Shown piece by piece: positions 9,298 to 21,868 of a stretch of DNA of 55,664 bases. This DNA is from Candidatus Uhrbacteria bacterium GW2011_GWC2_41_11 (lineage in GTDB: Bacteria > Patescibacteriota > Patescibacteriia > UBA9934 > GWF2-40-263), in contig LCAH01000010.1 in NCBI GenBank assembly GCA_000996355.1, positions 1 through 55,664 on the forward strand, read 5' to 3'. The notes beneath the pieces were generated by a model, which was given only the letters and a program-made list of their open reading frames with translations, was not told the origin of the DNA and did not search any database. Position numbers and translations under genes: made by a program. Each line of letters begins with the position of its first letter. Within the stretch, counting starts at the first letter, position 1.

Positions 9298-9603
9298 TTA
9301 TTCTGTTCTCTCTTCAAAAACCGCTTGAACTTGGAGCAAATCTCCTTCTCGATGCGGAAAAGCCTCAAGGAAACTAGCACGGTTTATTTTATCTGAAGAA
9401 GTAACTTCATCTGTGCGCCAGACATTTGAAAGACCTGATCCATGAGCCAGTTCAGGAACTCCTTCCGTATCCAATGATTGAAGTTTAGCAACATATTCTA
9501 AAATAGAACCGATCTGAACGCGATATCGTTCTGCTTCTTCCTCTGTGATTTGCAAACGTGCCAACCTGGCAATGTGGTGAACCTCTTCAATAGTCAATGA
9601 CAT
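9298..9603 (-). CDS. gatC: Asp/Glu-tRNA amidotransferase subunit C
   Basis: EEVHHIARLARL, ILEYVAKL and WRTDEV motifs; directly upstream of gatA. Confidence 0.95.
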   Translation of the reverse strand: MSLTIEEVHHIARLARLQITEEEAERYRVQIGSILEYVAKLQSLDTEGVPELAHGSGLSNVWRTDEVTSSDKINRASFLEAFPHREGDLLQVQAVFEERTE

Positions 9604-9610
9604 AATTTTA

Positions 9611-9735
9611 TAGGACCTTTCTCGTTTTGCCCATTTTGGGCTTACCATGCACCATCTGGTGCATGGCTTACGGGGACCCCAGTTTTTCTCGCTGTACTTG
9701 ATTGAGTACAGCTCGATAAAACTGAGAAAGTTCTA
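9611..9735. repeat. MITE-like structured element, copy A (125 bp)
   Basis: Ends TAGGACCTTTCTC ... GAGAAAGTTCTA; flanked by TTTTA on both sides; core TCGCTGTAC..TGAGTACAGCTC shared with 30576-30699. Confidence 0.7.
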
Positions 9736-9737
9736 TT

Positions 9738-11792
<2,055 letters not shown>

Positions 11793-11909
11793 TCAAAATA
11801 TTCCTAGATATCGATTAAGAAGCGACTCTCCAAAAAATAAGGAAGAAGCATGACATCTCGTAAAAAAACAGGAAAATAAAAAATCCAAACACCGGAATCA
11901 TAAACCCGG

Positions 11910-12419
11910 TCATGGAGTTGAAACAGGAGGACACGCGCCTGCTTTCATACCGTCAGGCGTTGCACAATTTAATCCTCGAGAAAGTTTTGTAAGTGGCACG
12001 GTATTTTCAAGCTCAAATTGAATGGTATAGGTAGCTCCTTCCTGAACATTCGTATAGCAAAAAGCGTTTGTCACTCCTCCACAAGAAGAATATCCTTTTA
12101 ATCCAGAAGAAAGTTGAGCTGGAACAACCCGAAGAATAACATTTGTTGCAGCGACATCACAGACCCCTTGGAAATCGTCTGTAGCAAGACAGACCGCCTG
12201 AGCATTTCCAAGTGGAATAGATTGACCGGTCGGATATCGATTATTCTCCACAAAAAAATCCTCCACAGCAGATTGAATCTGACGGACATTGGAAAGTCGT
12301 GCCGCATCCCGCTGTTTGGAACGAGCGGCATCTACTGCAACAACGGCCAAGGTACCGACAAGTCCAATCACAAAAAAAACAACTAGAAATTCGATCAAAG
12401 TAAAACCTTTGCGTGACAT
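11910..12419 (-). CDS. type IV pilin / pseudopilin
   Basis: KG-FTLIE cleavage/methylation motif, hydrophobic helix, RDAARLSNVRQIQ and C-terminal Cys pairs. Confidence 0.92.
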   Translation of the reverse strand: MSRKGFTLIEFLVVFFVIGLVGTLAVVAVDAARSKQRDAARLSNVRQIQSAVEDFFVENNRYPTGQSIPLGNAQAVCLATDDFQGVCDVAATNVILRVVPAQLSSGLKGYSSCGGVTNAFCYTNVQEGATYTIQFELENTVPLTKLSRGLNCATPDGMKAGACPPVSTP

Positions 12420-12486
12420 AGAAAAAATTCAAATATCAGAATATGGTTTAGTATAAACCGTTCTTCTTTTTGAGGCTAGGGTTACG

Positions 12487-12876
12487 TTAACTCTCTTTTC
12501 TTTCTTCAAGAGCATGCATGATCCCCTGTGTTAATTCATGCGGAGTAAATGTTCCTTTGATAAAAAAAGCGTCTATTCCTTGTTTTAAAGCTGTTTGAAT
12601 TTGAACATGATTTCCTTCACGTATAATGACAATAATCGATATTCCGGAAGATGGATGTTCTATACGAAATGTGTGAAGAAATGCAAATCCGTTTTCTTCT
12701 TCAGAAGATACATCCAGAATAAGAGCCTCCGGGGTAAGACGCTGCAAACGTTTCCGCACATCTTCTATGGAAAAGACACTTTTGACCTCATAACCACACG
12801 CTTTCAAATGTCGTATATAAATTCCAGCAAGATATGCATCTTTTTCCAAAATAATAACCACAGGTTTACGTCGCAT
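12487..12876 (-). CDS. stand-alone receiver (REC) domain protein, atypical
   Basis: CheY-like layout: VIILEKD, ALILDV, FFIKGTFTP. Confidence 0.8.
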   Translation of the reverse strand: MRRKPVVIILEKDAYLAGIYIRHLKACGYEVKSVFSIEDVRKRLQRLTPEALILDVSSEEENGFAFLHTFRIEHPSSGISIIVIIREGNHVQIQTALKQGIDAFFIKGTFTPHELTQGIMHALEERKES

Positions 12877-12879
12877 ACA

Positions 12880-14007
12880 TCATTCCATTTCACGCATGGC
12901 TAATCCAACAGCCACAGCAAGACGCGGACCAACTTCATCTAACACTGCACGTAAATCCGGAGGAAAAATGACACGTGCCCACGGATCTCCGCGATACACA
13001 TTCATCTGCAGTGTCTGAGACAAAAATTCGGGAAGATGCGGCAAATGAGCTGATCCTCCCGTCAAAATAATTTTTTCAACCCGTTTATTATCTGTCAATT
13101 CAATGCGACTATAAATATCAAAGGCATAACGAATCTCATTTAAAATGGGATGAGTGATGGATTCCAAAATAGCAGGAATTCCTTCTGTTAATGACAGTGC
13201 ATCTGGAGGCAATGTGCCAAGATCATATTTCATTTGTTCTGCCTGTTCTTCAGAAAGACCAAGTTGGGTCATGATCTTTTTTGTTAAAGCAGCCCCTCCA
13301 ACATTGATACTTCTGGTCAAAAATGGAATTCCCTTTTCCACAATCGTCATGTTTGTCCGTAAAGAACCAATATCCAGAATCATTACGGTACTTTTATCTT
13401 TTCCAACCAGGGAACGAATCAAGGCAAACGACTCTGTATCCAGTGCTTGAATTTCAAGTTTTGCTCCTTTGAATGTTTCAATATATTTTTGAACCAATGA
13501 TTTGGCTGTTCCCGTCACAAGAACACGAATGTATTCTTTTTTCTTGATTGAATCATTTGGAGAACGATTCGAAACAGGAATGGATGTTCCATCAGACATT
13601 TTTGATCCTTTGAGCGGATCAATAAATGTGGAATAAGTAATCATTTCCTCAAGCGGCATGGGGGTCAGTTTACGCACTTGGGACTGAACGGTTTCCCGGA
13701 TCACTTTTTCATCTTTTTCCCGCGGAACCGTAATCAATGTGGAAAACACACTTGCCAACGGCAAACTTGCAACTGCTTTCACCGAAGTTGTTCCTGCGCG
13801 TTTGCATACGTTTACAAGAAGATTCGCTGCTGTTTTTGGGTCATCCAAAAGAGGAAGTGTGAGGTCGCCTGGCCGACGTTCTGAATATCCATATGTCAAA
13901 AGCCTTGCTCGTCCTTTTTCATTCAAAAGTTCAACAACTTTAATCCCGCTGGAACCAATATCCACGCCCAAAAAACTTTTTTTTGTTGAACCTCCAAACC
14001 ATCCCAT
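12880..14007 (-). CDS. pilM: type IV pilus assembly protein PilM
   Basis: Actin-like motifs LGVDIGSSGIKVVEL, ILDIGSLRT, ILTGGSAHL and LAVAVGLAMR. Confidence 0.93.
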   Translation of the reverse strand: MGWFGGSTKKSFLGVDIGSSGIKVVELLNEKGRARLLTYGYSERRPGDLTLPLLDDPKTAANLLVNVCKRAGTTSVKAVASLPLASVFSTLITVPREKDEKVIRETVQSQVRKLTPMPLEEMITYSTFIDPLKGSKMSDGTSIPVSNRSPNDSIKKKEYIRVLVTGTAKSLVQKYIETFKGAKLEIQALDTESFALIRSLVGKDKSTVMILDIGSLRTNMTIVEKGIPFLTRSINVGGAALTKKIMTQLGLSEEQAEQMKYDLGTLPPDALSLTEGIPAILESITHPILNEIRYAFDIYSRIELTDNKRVEKIILTGGSAHLPHLPEFLSQTLQMNVYRGDPWARVIFPPDLRAVLDEVGPRLAVAVGLAMREME

Positions 14008-14077
14008 ATATGAGTGATAAAGACATGGAGTCTTTATGATGAATAGGAACAGTATAACACAAAAGAAAAGATCCGTT

Positions 14078-15145
14078 CTATTTCTCTCTCAAATTCAATT
14101 CTTCTAATAACTGCCGTTCACGTTTAGAAACATGACGCGGTGTAGAGAGCTGGACCGTAACTATATGATCACCTCGACGATTTCCGTGAGGCACTCCTTT
14201 TCCCCGTAAACGAAACTCTGTTCCGGATTGCGTTCCTGCAGGAATTTCTAGTTCAACAGAACCATCAATGGTTTCCACATCAATCGAATCCCCAAGAACA
14301 GCTTGAGTGAATCCAATGTGAACCGTTGAAAACAATTGCATTCCTTCCCGCTCAAATCGAACATCGGATTTTACATGCAAACGCAAAAAGAGATCTCCAT
14401 TTTTTCCTCCCTTTACTGCTTCTCCTTCTTCTCTTAATCGCAAAATAGACCCATCTTCTACTGCCGAAGGGATATCAACGGAAAGGTTTCGCTTGGTTCG
14501 AACCACTCCTTGTCCATGACATGATCCGCATGGTTTTGTTGGAATCTTTCCTTCACCATGACAGGATTCACACACAACTCTTGCCTGCATGGCGCCAAAA
14601 AGTGTCCGCTGAACAGTCACACGTGAACCAGATCCACCACACGTTTTGCATGTATCCACAGGAGCTCCTGGCTCAGAACCTGTTCCATGACAATGTTCAC
14701 ACGCGCATATTTTCTGAACATGAATATCTTTTCGAATGCCAAAAATACTTTCTTTAAATGAAAGATCCACATCCATTTCAATGTCATTTCCTTTTCGTAC
14801 GCGAGATCCTTGTCTTGTTCCACCCCCAAATCCAAATAAATCTCCAAAAATATCTCCCAAATCTCCAAATCCAGACGCACCTGAAAAATCAAATCCATTA
14901 AATCCCGCCCCTCCTTGTTGAAATCCGCCATCAAAAGCCCCGGATCCAAACTGATCATATTTTTGACGTTTTTCCGGATCACTCAATACTTGATATGCTT
15001 CATTGATTTCCTTAAATTTTTCTTCATTTCCCCCTGGTTTATCCGGATGATATTTATGTGCCAGAGTTCGAAAAGCACGCTTCACATCTTCTGGGGAAGC
15101 ATTTCGTTCAAGACCGAGAGATTGGTAATAATCTTTTCCTGACAC
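14078..15145 (-). CDS. dnaJ: chaperone DnaJ
   Basis: J domain with HPD, G/F-rich region and four CxxCxGxG repeats; GTG start. Confidence 0.98.
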   Translation of the reverse strand: MSGKDYYQSLGLERNASPEDVKRAFRTLAHKYHPDKPGGNEEKFKEINEAYQVLSDPEKRQKYDQFGSGAFDGGFQQGGAGFNGFDFSGASGFGDLGDIFGDLFGFGGGTRQGSRVRKGNDIEMDVDLSFKESIFGIRKDIHVQKICACEHCHGTGSEPGAPVDTCKTCGGSGSRVTVQRTLFGAMQARVVCESCHGEGKIPTKPCGSCHGQGVVRTKRNLSVDIPSAVEDGSILRLREEGEAVKGGKNGDLFLRLHVKSDVRFEREGMQLFSTVHIGFTQAVLGDSIDVETIDGSVELEIPAGTQSGTEFRLRGKGVPHGNRRGDHIVTVQLSTPRHVSKRERQLLEELNLREK

Positions 15146-15154
15146 AAATAATAT

Positions 15155-15373
15155 TTATTCTTTTTTTTCAAATGTTAACTTGAAAAAAGCAAGTATTCCC
15201 ATCACAACAAAAATGACAGTCATGATATGCCACGAAGCAACCATGGTCGCAATCTGAATCGCTCGCGGACATGTTTGAGGTGGAGGAAATAAAAGAGTCT
15301 CAGTACACCGGCTCTCAATCGCTATGGTTGAGACCACAAATTCTTCAATTGTTTTCGGAGGGTTTGTCTTCAT
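15155..15373 (-). CDS. possible small membrane protein (72 aa) between dnaK and dnaJ
   Basis: [14 protein letters not shown]...[32 protein letters not shown] fills the dnaK-dnaJ gap and has one TM-like helix. It overlaps the dnaK end. Confidence 0.4.
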   Translation of the reverse strand: MKTNPPKTIEEFVVSTIAIESRCTETLLFPPPQTCPRAIQIATMVASWHIMTVIFVVMGILAFFKLTFEKKE

Positions 15374-17270
15374 TCTTTTCTTTAAATTCTGCATCAATCG
15401 GTTCCTCCGTACCCCCTTGTCCTCCCTGCGTCCCATGAGCCTCTTGTCCTCCCTGCGCCCCCTGACCCTCCTGAGACGCATACATCTTTGCCCCAACTTT
15501 CTGAGCAGATTCAGATAGTTCATCAGCAGCTTTTTTAATGACCGCATGATCATCACCTTCCATTACTTGTTTCAATGCAGTTATTTTTTCTTCAACTTCC
15601 TTACGCTCTTCTGCAGTCACCTTCTCTCCTGCATCACGAAGCATTTTTTCTGCGGTATAAATCATGGTTTCGGCAATATTGCGATGTTCGATGTATTCGC
15701 GCTTCTTTTCATCTTCCTGTGCATGCATTTCTGCTTCTTTTTTCATGCGTTCGATTTCATCTTTAGAAAGACCTGTTGAGGCTGTAATGGTGATTTCTTG
15801 TTTTTTGTTTGTTGCTTTATCTGTTGCAGACACATGCAAAATACCGTTTGCATCAATATCAAATTTCACTTCAATTTGCGGAAGACCACGAGGAGATGGA
15901 GGAATATCCGAAAGAATAAATCGCCCAAGCGTCTTGTTATCTGTTGCCATGGGACGTTCTCCTTGAAGAACATGAATTTCGACAGATGTCTGACCATCCG
16001 CTGCTGTTGAAAAAATTTGAGATTTATTTGTAGGAACCGTTGTGTTACGAGCAATAAGAACGGTCATCACACTTCCCAATGTTTCAATACCAAGAGAAAG
16101 CGGTGTCACATCCAAAAGAAGAACATCGCGAACTTCTCCAGCAAGCACTCCTCCTTGAACTGCAGCTCCCAAAGCAACGACCTCATCCGGATTCACACTC
16201 ACATTTGGTTTTTTCCCAAAAAAATCTTCAACTTTTTTCTGAATAAGTGGCATGCGGGTCATTCCTCCCACCATCACAATTTCCTGAATATCTTCTTTTC
16301 CAAGTTTTGCATCTTGAAGAGCAGATCGAACTGGACCAAATGTTTTTTCTACAAGGTCTCCAACAATTTCCTCAAGTTTTGATCGAGTAAGCGTTAAGGT
16401 CAAATGTTTTGGACCATTTGCATCACTACTGATAAATGGTTGATTGACTTCGGTTTGTTGTGTGGTTGATAATTCGATTTTGGCTTTTTCTGCCGCATCC
16501 TTAATGCGCTGAAGAGCGAGCGGATCTTTTCCCAAATCCATTCCTTCTTGCTTTTTGAATTCTGCAATAATCCATTCAATAATTCGACGATCAAAATCAT
16601 CTCCTCCTAAATGGGTATCTCCATTTGTGGCTTTGACTTCTACCGTATCTTCGGAAACATCCAAAACCGAAACATCAAAGGTTCCGCCACCAAGATCGTA
16701 CACAAGAATTTTCTGTCCAACTTTTTTGTCGAACCCGTAGGCAAGCGCTGCTGCTGTTGGTTCATTGATAATACGGCGAACATTCAAACCTGCAATTTCT
16801 CCTGCCACTTTTGTCGCATTGCGTTGAGCATCATCAAAATATGCTGGAACTGTAATCACGGCTTCCGTGACTTTTTCTCCAAGACGTTCTTCTGCATCTT
16901 CTTTGAGTTTCCGAAGAATCATGGCAGAAATTTCTTCTGGTGTGTGTTCTTTGTCTCCAAGTCGAATAGCAACACCATCTCCATGTTTCACGATTTTATA
17001 CGGCATGAACGCAAGGTCACGTTGTACTTCCGGATCATCCCAACGGCGACCGATCAATCGTTTCACGGAAAAAAGGGTGTGTTCTGGATTCGTGACTGCC
17101 TGGCGTTTGGCTGATGCACCCACAAGCCTCTCTCCATTTTTTGCAAGTGCGGTCATAGAAGGCGTTGTGCGCGCTCCTTCTTTGTTTTCAATCACCTTTG
17201 GCTGTCCGCCTTCAATAACAGACATACAAGAGTTTGTTGTTCCAAGATCGATTCCAAGTATTTTAGACAT
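15345..17270 (-). CDS. dnaK: chaperone DnaK
   Basis: [23 protein letters not shown] and NPDEVVA motifs. Confidence 0.99.
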   Translation of the reverse strand: MSKILGIDLGTTNSCMSVIEGGQPKVIENKEGARTTPSMTALAKNGERLVGASAKRQAVTNPEHTLFSVKRLIGRRWDDPEVQRDLAFMPYKIVKHGDGVAIRLGDKEHTPEEISAMILRKLKEDAEERLGEKVTEAVITVPAYFDDAQRNATKVAGEIAGLNVRRIINEPTAAALAYGFDKKVGQKILVYDLGGGTFDVSVLDVSEDTVEVKATNGDTHLGGDDFDRRIIEWIIAEFKKQEGMDLGKDPLALQRIKDAAEKAKIELSTTQQTEVNQPFISSDANGPKHLTLTLTRSKLEEIVGDLVEKTFGPVRSALQDAKLGKEDIQEIVMVGGMTRMPLIQKKVEDFFGKKPNVSVNPDEVVALGAAVQGGVLAGEVRDVLLLDVTPLSLGIETLGSVMTVLIARNTTVPTNKSQIFSTAADGQTSVEIHVLQGERPMATDNKTLGRFILSDIPPSPRGLPQIEVKFDIDANGILHVSATDKATNKKQEITITASTGLSKDEIERMKKEAEMHAQEDEKKREYIEHRNIAETMIYTAEKMLRDAGEKVTAEERKEVEEKITALKQVMEGDDHAVIKKAADELSESAQKVGAKMYASQEGQGAQGGQEAHGTQGGQGGTEEPIDAEFKEKNEDKPSENN

Positions 17271-17292
17271 AAAAAAATAAATTCATTTTTTG

Positions 17293-17811
17293 TTAGGCAT
17301 TCGTAGTTTCTACATGTATATTAATAATCACATTTGCCGGACGAACAATTCGTTCTTTTATTTTCCACCCGCGTTGAAGTACTTCAAGAATCGATTGGTC
17401 AGGATATACTGCATCCGAACGTGAACCAGCAGATTCATGCATGCTTGGATCAAATATCTCTCCAGACTGTCCAAATGGTTCGGCTCCAAGCGAGCGTAAG
17501 ACATCTTCCAATTGTGTACGAACAAGAAGCACGCCTTTGATCCAATTTTGCAAGGCAGGATCTTCATTTTTTGGTTGATATCGAAGCGCTTGGTCAAAAT
17601 GATCAACAAGAGGAAACAGTCGAAGCAAAACTCCTTCATGCAAAATATTTCTCAAACTTTCTTTTTCCTCTCCCAATGTTTTTTTCAAGTTGTCATAATC
17701 CGCAAGGGCTCGTTTCCATCCAGTCAAATATTCTTCACATTGATGCTCGATCGTGGATTCCTCCCCTTTTTCTTGTATTGGTTCGGATAACGGTTGATCA
17801 TTTTGTGACAT
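17293..17811 (-). CDS. grpE: nucleotide exchange factor GrpE
   Basis: RALADYDN, FDPSMHES, GWKIKERIVRPA; operon position. Confidence 0.95.
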   Translation of the reverse strand: MSQNDQPLSEPIQEKGEESTIEHQCEEYLTGWKRALADYDNLKKTLGEEKESLRNILHEGVLLRLFPLVDHFDQALRYQPKNEDPALQNWIKGVLLVRTQLEDVLRSLGAEPFGQSGEIFDPSMHESAGSRSDAVYPDQSILEVLQRGWKIKERIVRPANVIINIHVETTNA

Positions 17812-17820
17812 ACAAAACAG

Positions 17821-18525
17821 TTAAGCGACCATTCGGTCGATGGCTTCTCTCGCCTCCTGCACAAGAGCCATATTTTTTGCATAATTCATACGCATGGGTC
17901 CAACAAGGCCAATCAGTCCGTACACATGATTTGAAAGACGATATTTAATAATAACAGCAGCAATGTCTTGTCCAAATGGATTTTCTTGCCCTAAAAATAC
18001 TTTTGGTTCTTGTATGGAAACTGCATGAAAAATCTGACAAACAACATCATCGAACCGATCAACAAGTTCAGAAATATTCTGCACATTTTCTGTATCCTGA
18101 AAATCTGGCTTTTGAAACAAATTTGAAACACCTGTGTAATAACTCCAATCTGGCCCAAAGGCAACAATCGCTGTTTCACCGGAAAGAATCACAAGTGTTT
18201 TTGCAAGTGTTTTTAATGCAGTTTCATCACTTGAAGCATTTTTGATTGCAGCACTCAGACGCCCTGTCTCTTCTACGGTTCGTTTATCTTCCATAAAATG
18301 GCGCAGATAATACTCATATCCCTTTTCAGTTGGAATACGTCCAGCAGATGGATGCGGCGAACGAATGTATCCTTCATCCTCCAAAAGAACCATATCATTG
18401 CGAACAGTGGCTGATGAAACATCTAAACAATATTTTACAGCCAAAAACTTCGATCCAACTGGTTCAGCGGTTCGAATATATTCTTCAACAATCCATCGCA
18501 ATATTTGTTCTTGACGGGCTTCCAT
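17821..18525 (-). CDS. hrcA: heat-inducible transcription repressor HrcA (short form)
   Basis: EYIRTAEPVGSK, SSATVRNDM, GRIPTEKGY and GPMRMNY motifs. Confidence 0.95.
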   Translation of the reverse strand: MEARQEQILRWIVEEYIRTAEPVGSKFLAVKYCLDVSSATVRNDMVLLEDEGYIRSPHPSAGRIPTEKGYEYYLRHFMEDKRTVEETGRLSAAIKNASSDETALKTLAKTLVILSGETAIVAFGPDWSYYTGVSNLFQKPDFQDTENVQNISELVDRFDDVVCQIFHAVSIQEPKVFLGQENPFGQDIAAVIIKYRLSNHVYGLIGLVGPMRMNYAKNMALVQEAREAIDRMVA

Positions 18526-18532
18526 ATAAATA

Positions 18533-18559
18533 CTAGCACTCCATATTATAGAGTGCTAA
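18533..18559 (-). promoter_or_regulatory. CIRCE operator
   Basis: The minus strand reads TTAGCACTC-N9-GAGTGCTAG (one mismatch to consensus), 7 nt upstream of hrcA. Confidence 0.95.
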
Positions 18560-18572
18560 TTTATCTTGTCAA
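18545..18572 (-). promoter_or_regulatory. sigma70 promoter overlapping CIRCE
   Basis: TTGACA, 16-nt spacer, TATAAT; the -10 element lies in the CIRCE spacer. Confidence 0.85.
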
Positions 18573-18587
18573 GTAAAATAGCGTACC

Positions 18588-18617
18588 AAAAACCCTGGTA
18601 TTTTCACCAGGGTTTTT
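18588..18617. terminator. intrinsic terminator
   Basis: AAAAACCCTGGT-ATTTTC-ACCAGGGTTTTT. Confidence 0.85.
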
Positions 18618-18634
18618 CTCCAAATAGACAATAA

Positions 18635-19393
18635 TTAGGAGGCAAGATCCTCAATTTGTTCCTCACAAGCATCCACAACCTCTTTCACTTCTTTTACAAG
18701 ATTCGGAGCAACATCCGCCATTTGTTTCATAAGACTCTTGGCTTCTTCAACATCTTCATCATCGACAGCTATTTTTAAATCAGCTGCTAAAGCATTCAAA
18801 TCTTCAAGTTGAGATTCAATGGATTCGATGGTTGTTTTTTCATCTGGACAACTGATTTTCAAAAGTTCCAAAATAGATTCCACTTTAATCTTAATCTGTT
18901 CGGCTCTTTTCTCCGCTTCTGCGGCAACCACAAGAACACTCTCTTGAATGGCAGTTTTAATCGCATCTTTATTCGCTTTTAAATCAGCTACAATTTGTTT
19001 ATTGATTCCTTCAAGATCATCCATGGAATCAGCGTTGTTGGTCTGCGTCTTATACGTCTGCAATTTACCTTCTAAAGCGGACAAGGCATCCAAAATTTCA
19101 TCTTCCGTTACATCACTAATGTACTCATTCCCTTCAATCGTTTCCTCTGCTGTATCAAGTTTATCAATCGCGAGTTCCAAAATTTGAACCAACTTTTCTT
19201 GGTATTGGGTAAAGGTCACACCAAGTTCTTCAGCTTTTTGAATAGCTGTATCTTTCGCTGCCTCTGCCTCCGCTTGTAATTCCGCCTTTTCCTCCTCAGT
19301 CATCTCTGATGGTTTTGTGATAGCTGCTTGAACCTGAGCAAACGGTAAAACCAACAAAGAAAGAAGAGCAAAAATATGAATAAAATTCTTCAT
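18635..19393 (-). CDS. secreted acidic alpha-helical protein
   Basis: Signal peptide ending QVQA; E/A/K-rich helical composition. Confidence 0.8.
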   Translation of the reverse strand: MKNFIHIFALLSLLVLPFAQVQAAITKPSEMTEEEKAELQAEAEAAKDTAIQKAEELGVTFTQYQEKLVQILELAIDKLDTAEETIEGNEYISDVTEDEILDALSALEGKLQTYKTQTNNADSMDDLEGINKQIVADLKANKDAIKTAIQESVLVVAAEAEKRAEQIKIKVESILELLKISCPDEKTTIESIESQLEDLNALAADLKIAVDDEDVEEAKSLMKQMADVAPNLVKEVKEVVDACEEQIEDLAS

Positions 19394-19420
19394 AATAAAT
19401 CAATTTTAAGCCCAATATAT

Positions 19421-19702
19421 TTAGAGTTCCGCACTGGATTTTTCCAGTTCGCCATTGCTTTCATCCATGCCTTCAAGATCGTCTGATAAGGATTCAAGAT
19501 CCTCGATCACGGCATCATAATCTTCTTTTGATGACTCTTTTGAAAGATCCGGGACTCCTTCCTCAACCGGTTCTTTTGTTTGTTGTTGTGCTGTATTTGT
19601 TTTTCCTTTTTGGTTCGTCTGATTGGTTGTTGAACCACCAAAACATCCGGCACCGGTCAAAACCAAAGTAAAAAGGGTAACAGCAAGGGCTGTTTTGAAC
19701 AT
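19421..19702 (-). CDS. small lipoprotein
   Basis: Lipobox LTGAGC followed by a T/Q/N linker and an acidic helix. Confidence 0.8.
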   Translation of the reverse strand: MFKTALAVTLFTLVLTGAGCFGGSTTNQTNQKGKTNTAQQQTKEPVEEGVPDLSKESSKEDYDAVIEDLESLSDDLEGMDESNGELEKSSAEL

Positions 19703-19785
19703 AATAAATAGACGTCATGAATTAGGATAAAAAAAGTATAACATATTTTCTATGCAAAAGGCAATCATCTTGTCCACAAAATCAA

Positions 19786-20850
19786 TCAGTCTTTACTGTT
19801 TTCCCAAGGAAATTCAGATTTTCCAAAATGTCCGTACACAGCTGTTTGACGAAAAATCGGACGAGATAAACCAAGCGTTTCGCGGATAGCCACAGGACGA
19901 AAATTAAATGCTTTTTCTTGAAGAAAAGAAGAGAGATCTTTTCCTTGTTCATCAACTGCCCGAAGCATAAGGGGCTCTGCTTTTCCAATGGCATAAGCAA
20001 CAGAAACAAGACATTGGTTGGCTCTTCCGCTCGCAACAATCTGTTTCGCCGTAAAACGCGCCATGTATGCTGCACAGCGATCAACTTTTGTCGCATCTTT
20101 TCCAGAAAAACATCCGCCTCCGTGTGGAAGAAGACCGCCGTATGTATCAACCATAATCTTCCGACCTGTGAGACCTGTGTCTGCCTCGAATCCGCCACGC
20201 ACAAAAGAACCGGTTGGATTCACAAACACATCAGAAACCGTCTTAAACGAAAAATGATATTCTTCTAAGATTGGTTTCACGATCTGTTCAAGAATACTTG
20301 CCCGAATCTCGTTTTGTAAAACAGACACATCATGCTGACAGCTGACAAGAATACATGTTGGTCGTCCATGTTCCATGGTGACTTGTGTTTTTCCATCTGG
20401 TCTCAACCATGGAATCTGTCCATTTTTTCGAAGAGTATCCAATCGCTTGGCCATAGCATGAACAAGAACGACCCCGACAGGAAGCATCTCCGGAGTTTCA
20501 TTCGTAGCAAATCCATACATAATTCCTTGATCCCCTGCTCCACCTTGATCTACTCCACACGCAATATCCGAAGACTGCTCAGAGACATTAACAAGAACAC
20601 GAGGTTCATCCTCATATCCGATGTTCTTATAAACCATTCGAGCGATCTTTTCGTAATTGACGCGCGCGAGGCTTGTCACTTCTCCACCAATCACAATCAT
20701 ACCGTGACTGCCAAATGTCTCGACTGCTACGCGGCTTCCAGGATCCTCCGCAAGACAGGCATCGAGAATAGCATCGGATATCTGATCACACACTTTGTCA
20801 GGATGACCGGAAGTCACGCTTTCAACTGTATAGATAGAAGGGATGTACAT
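19786..20850 (-). CDS. metK: S-adenosylmethionine synthetase
   Basis: ESVTSGHPDK, GAGDQG, DTGLTGRKI and GGGCFSGKD motifs. Confidence 0.98.
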   Translation of the reverse strand: MYIPSIYTVESVTSGHPDKVCDQISDAILDACLAEDPGSRVAVETFGSHGMIVIGGEVTSLARVNYEKIARMVYKNIGYEDEPRVLVNVSEQSSDIACGVDQGGAGDQGIMYGFATNETPEMLPVGVVLVHAMAKRLDTLRKNGQIPWLRPDGKTQVTMEHGRPTCILVSCQHDVSVLQNEIRASILEQIVKPILEEYHFSFKTVSDVFVNPTGSFVRGGFEADTGLTGRKIMVDTYGGLLPHGGGCFSGKDATKVDRCAAYMARFTAKQIVASGRANQCLVSVAYAIGKAEPLMLRAVDEQGKDLSSFLQEKAFNFRPVAIRETLGLSRPIFRQTAVYGHFGKSEFPWENSKD

Positions 20851-20920
20851 AGGACAAAAGAAAGAATAATGTGTGTAAGCTTACCTTATTGCGAATTTTT
20901 TACAGAATACGGAAATTCTT

Positions 20921-21868
20921 ATGTCAAAACAAATGGGAAAACTTCCGGATGTCTTTTTTCAACGTCTGGAACAACAGTTCGGACGTTCTGCCACAGATCG
21001 CATCTGTGCGGCATTTGAATCTTCACGCTTTCCAACATTACGTACAAATACGATCAAAACAACTGATGCTGCTATCATGGAAACTTTTCGTACAGATAGA
21101 ATTGCATTTGAACGTATCCGTGATATTTCGCATGCCTTTCGCATCAAAAATCGAACAGATGCTGAAATACTTACTCATCCATTATGCACAAATGGACATA
21201 TTTATCTTCAAGGTATTGCATCCATGCTTCCACCTATTATTCTGGATCCACAACCTGGAGAAACGATTTTGGATCTTTGCGCCGCGCCCGGAAGTAAAAC
21301 AACACAACTTGCCGCACTCATGAAAAATCAAGGTCACATTATTGCATGCGAAAATGATGAAGTACGCTTTCAAAAACTCCTTCATACCTTACGCCTTCAA
21401 TCCGCAACGATTGTGGAACCAAAATGTATGGATGCGGCTCTTTTGCGCCACGAGGCACAGGAAAAATTTGATCGCATTCTTGCCGATGTCCCCTGCTCTG
21501 CCGAAGGGCGTATTCGTCTAGACGAACCACGAACATATCGTTTTTGGTCTCCAAATAACGCAAGTACTTGTGCCAAAATTCAACGCCGACTTTTGCGTGC
21601 AGCTGCTGAATGTCTTAAACCGAGCGGAACACTTGTGTACTCAACCTGTACTCTTGCACCTGAAGAAGATGAAAACATGATTTCTTGGTTCCTTGAGACG
21701 TTTCCGAATTTCAAATCTATTCCTTTTGACCTTCCCTTGTCTGAAATTCGAAAAACATCAACAGGTGGCACTTACGTGTTTCCAAGTCGGGAACATGAAG
21801 GTTTTTTTCTGGCAAAAATGCAAAAAATGTTTATATCGCCTGTCCCCCAAACTCTCGCAGTAAAGTAG
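20921..21868 (+). CDS. RsmB/RsmF/NOP2 family RNA m5C methyltransferase
   Basis: ILDLCAAPGSKT, ILADVPCS and LVYSTCT motifs. Confidence 0.93.
   Translation: MSKQMGKLPDVFFQRLEQQFGRSATDRICAAFESSRFPTLRTNTIKTTDAAIMETFRTDRIAFERIRDISHAFRIKNRTDAEILTHPLCTNGHIYLQGIASMLPPIILDPQPGETILDLCAAPGSKTTQLAALMKNQGHIIACENDEVRFQKLLHTLRLQSATIVEPKCMDAALLRHEAQEKFDRILADVPCSAEGRIRLDEPRTYRFWSPNNASTCAKIQRRLLRAAAECLKPSGTLVYSTCTLAPEEDENMISWFLETFPNFKSIPFDLPLSEIRKTSTGGTYVFPSREHEGFFLAKMQKMFISPVPQTLAVK

Noticed and set aside
15410-15475. Short direct repeat CTTGTCCTCCCTGCG in dnaK
   Set aside because: It simply encodes the G/Q-rich low-complexity DnaK tail.
19770-19778. TTGTCCACA and similar near-DnaA boxes elsewhere
   Set aside because: They are single, mismatched and not clustered, so they give no support for an origin.
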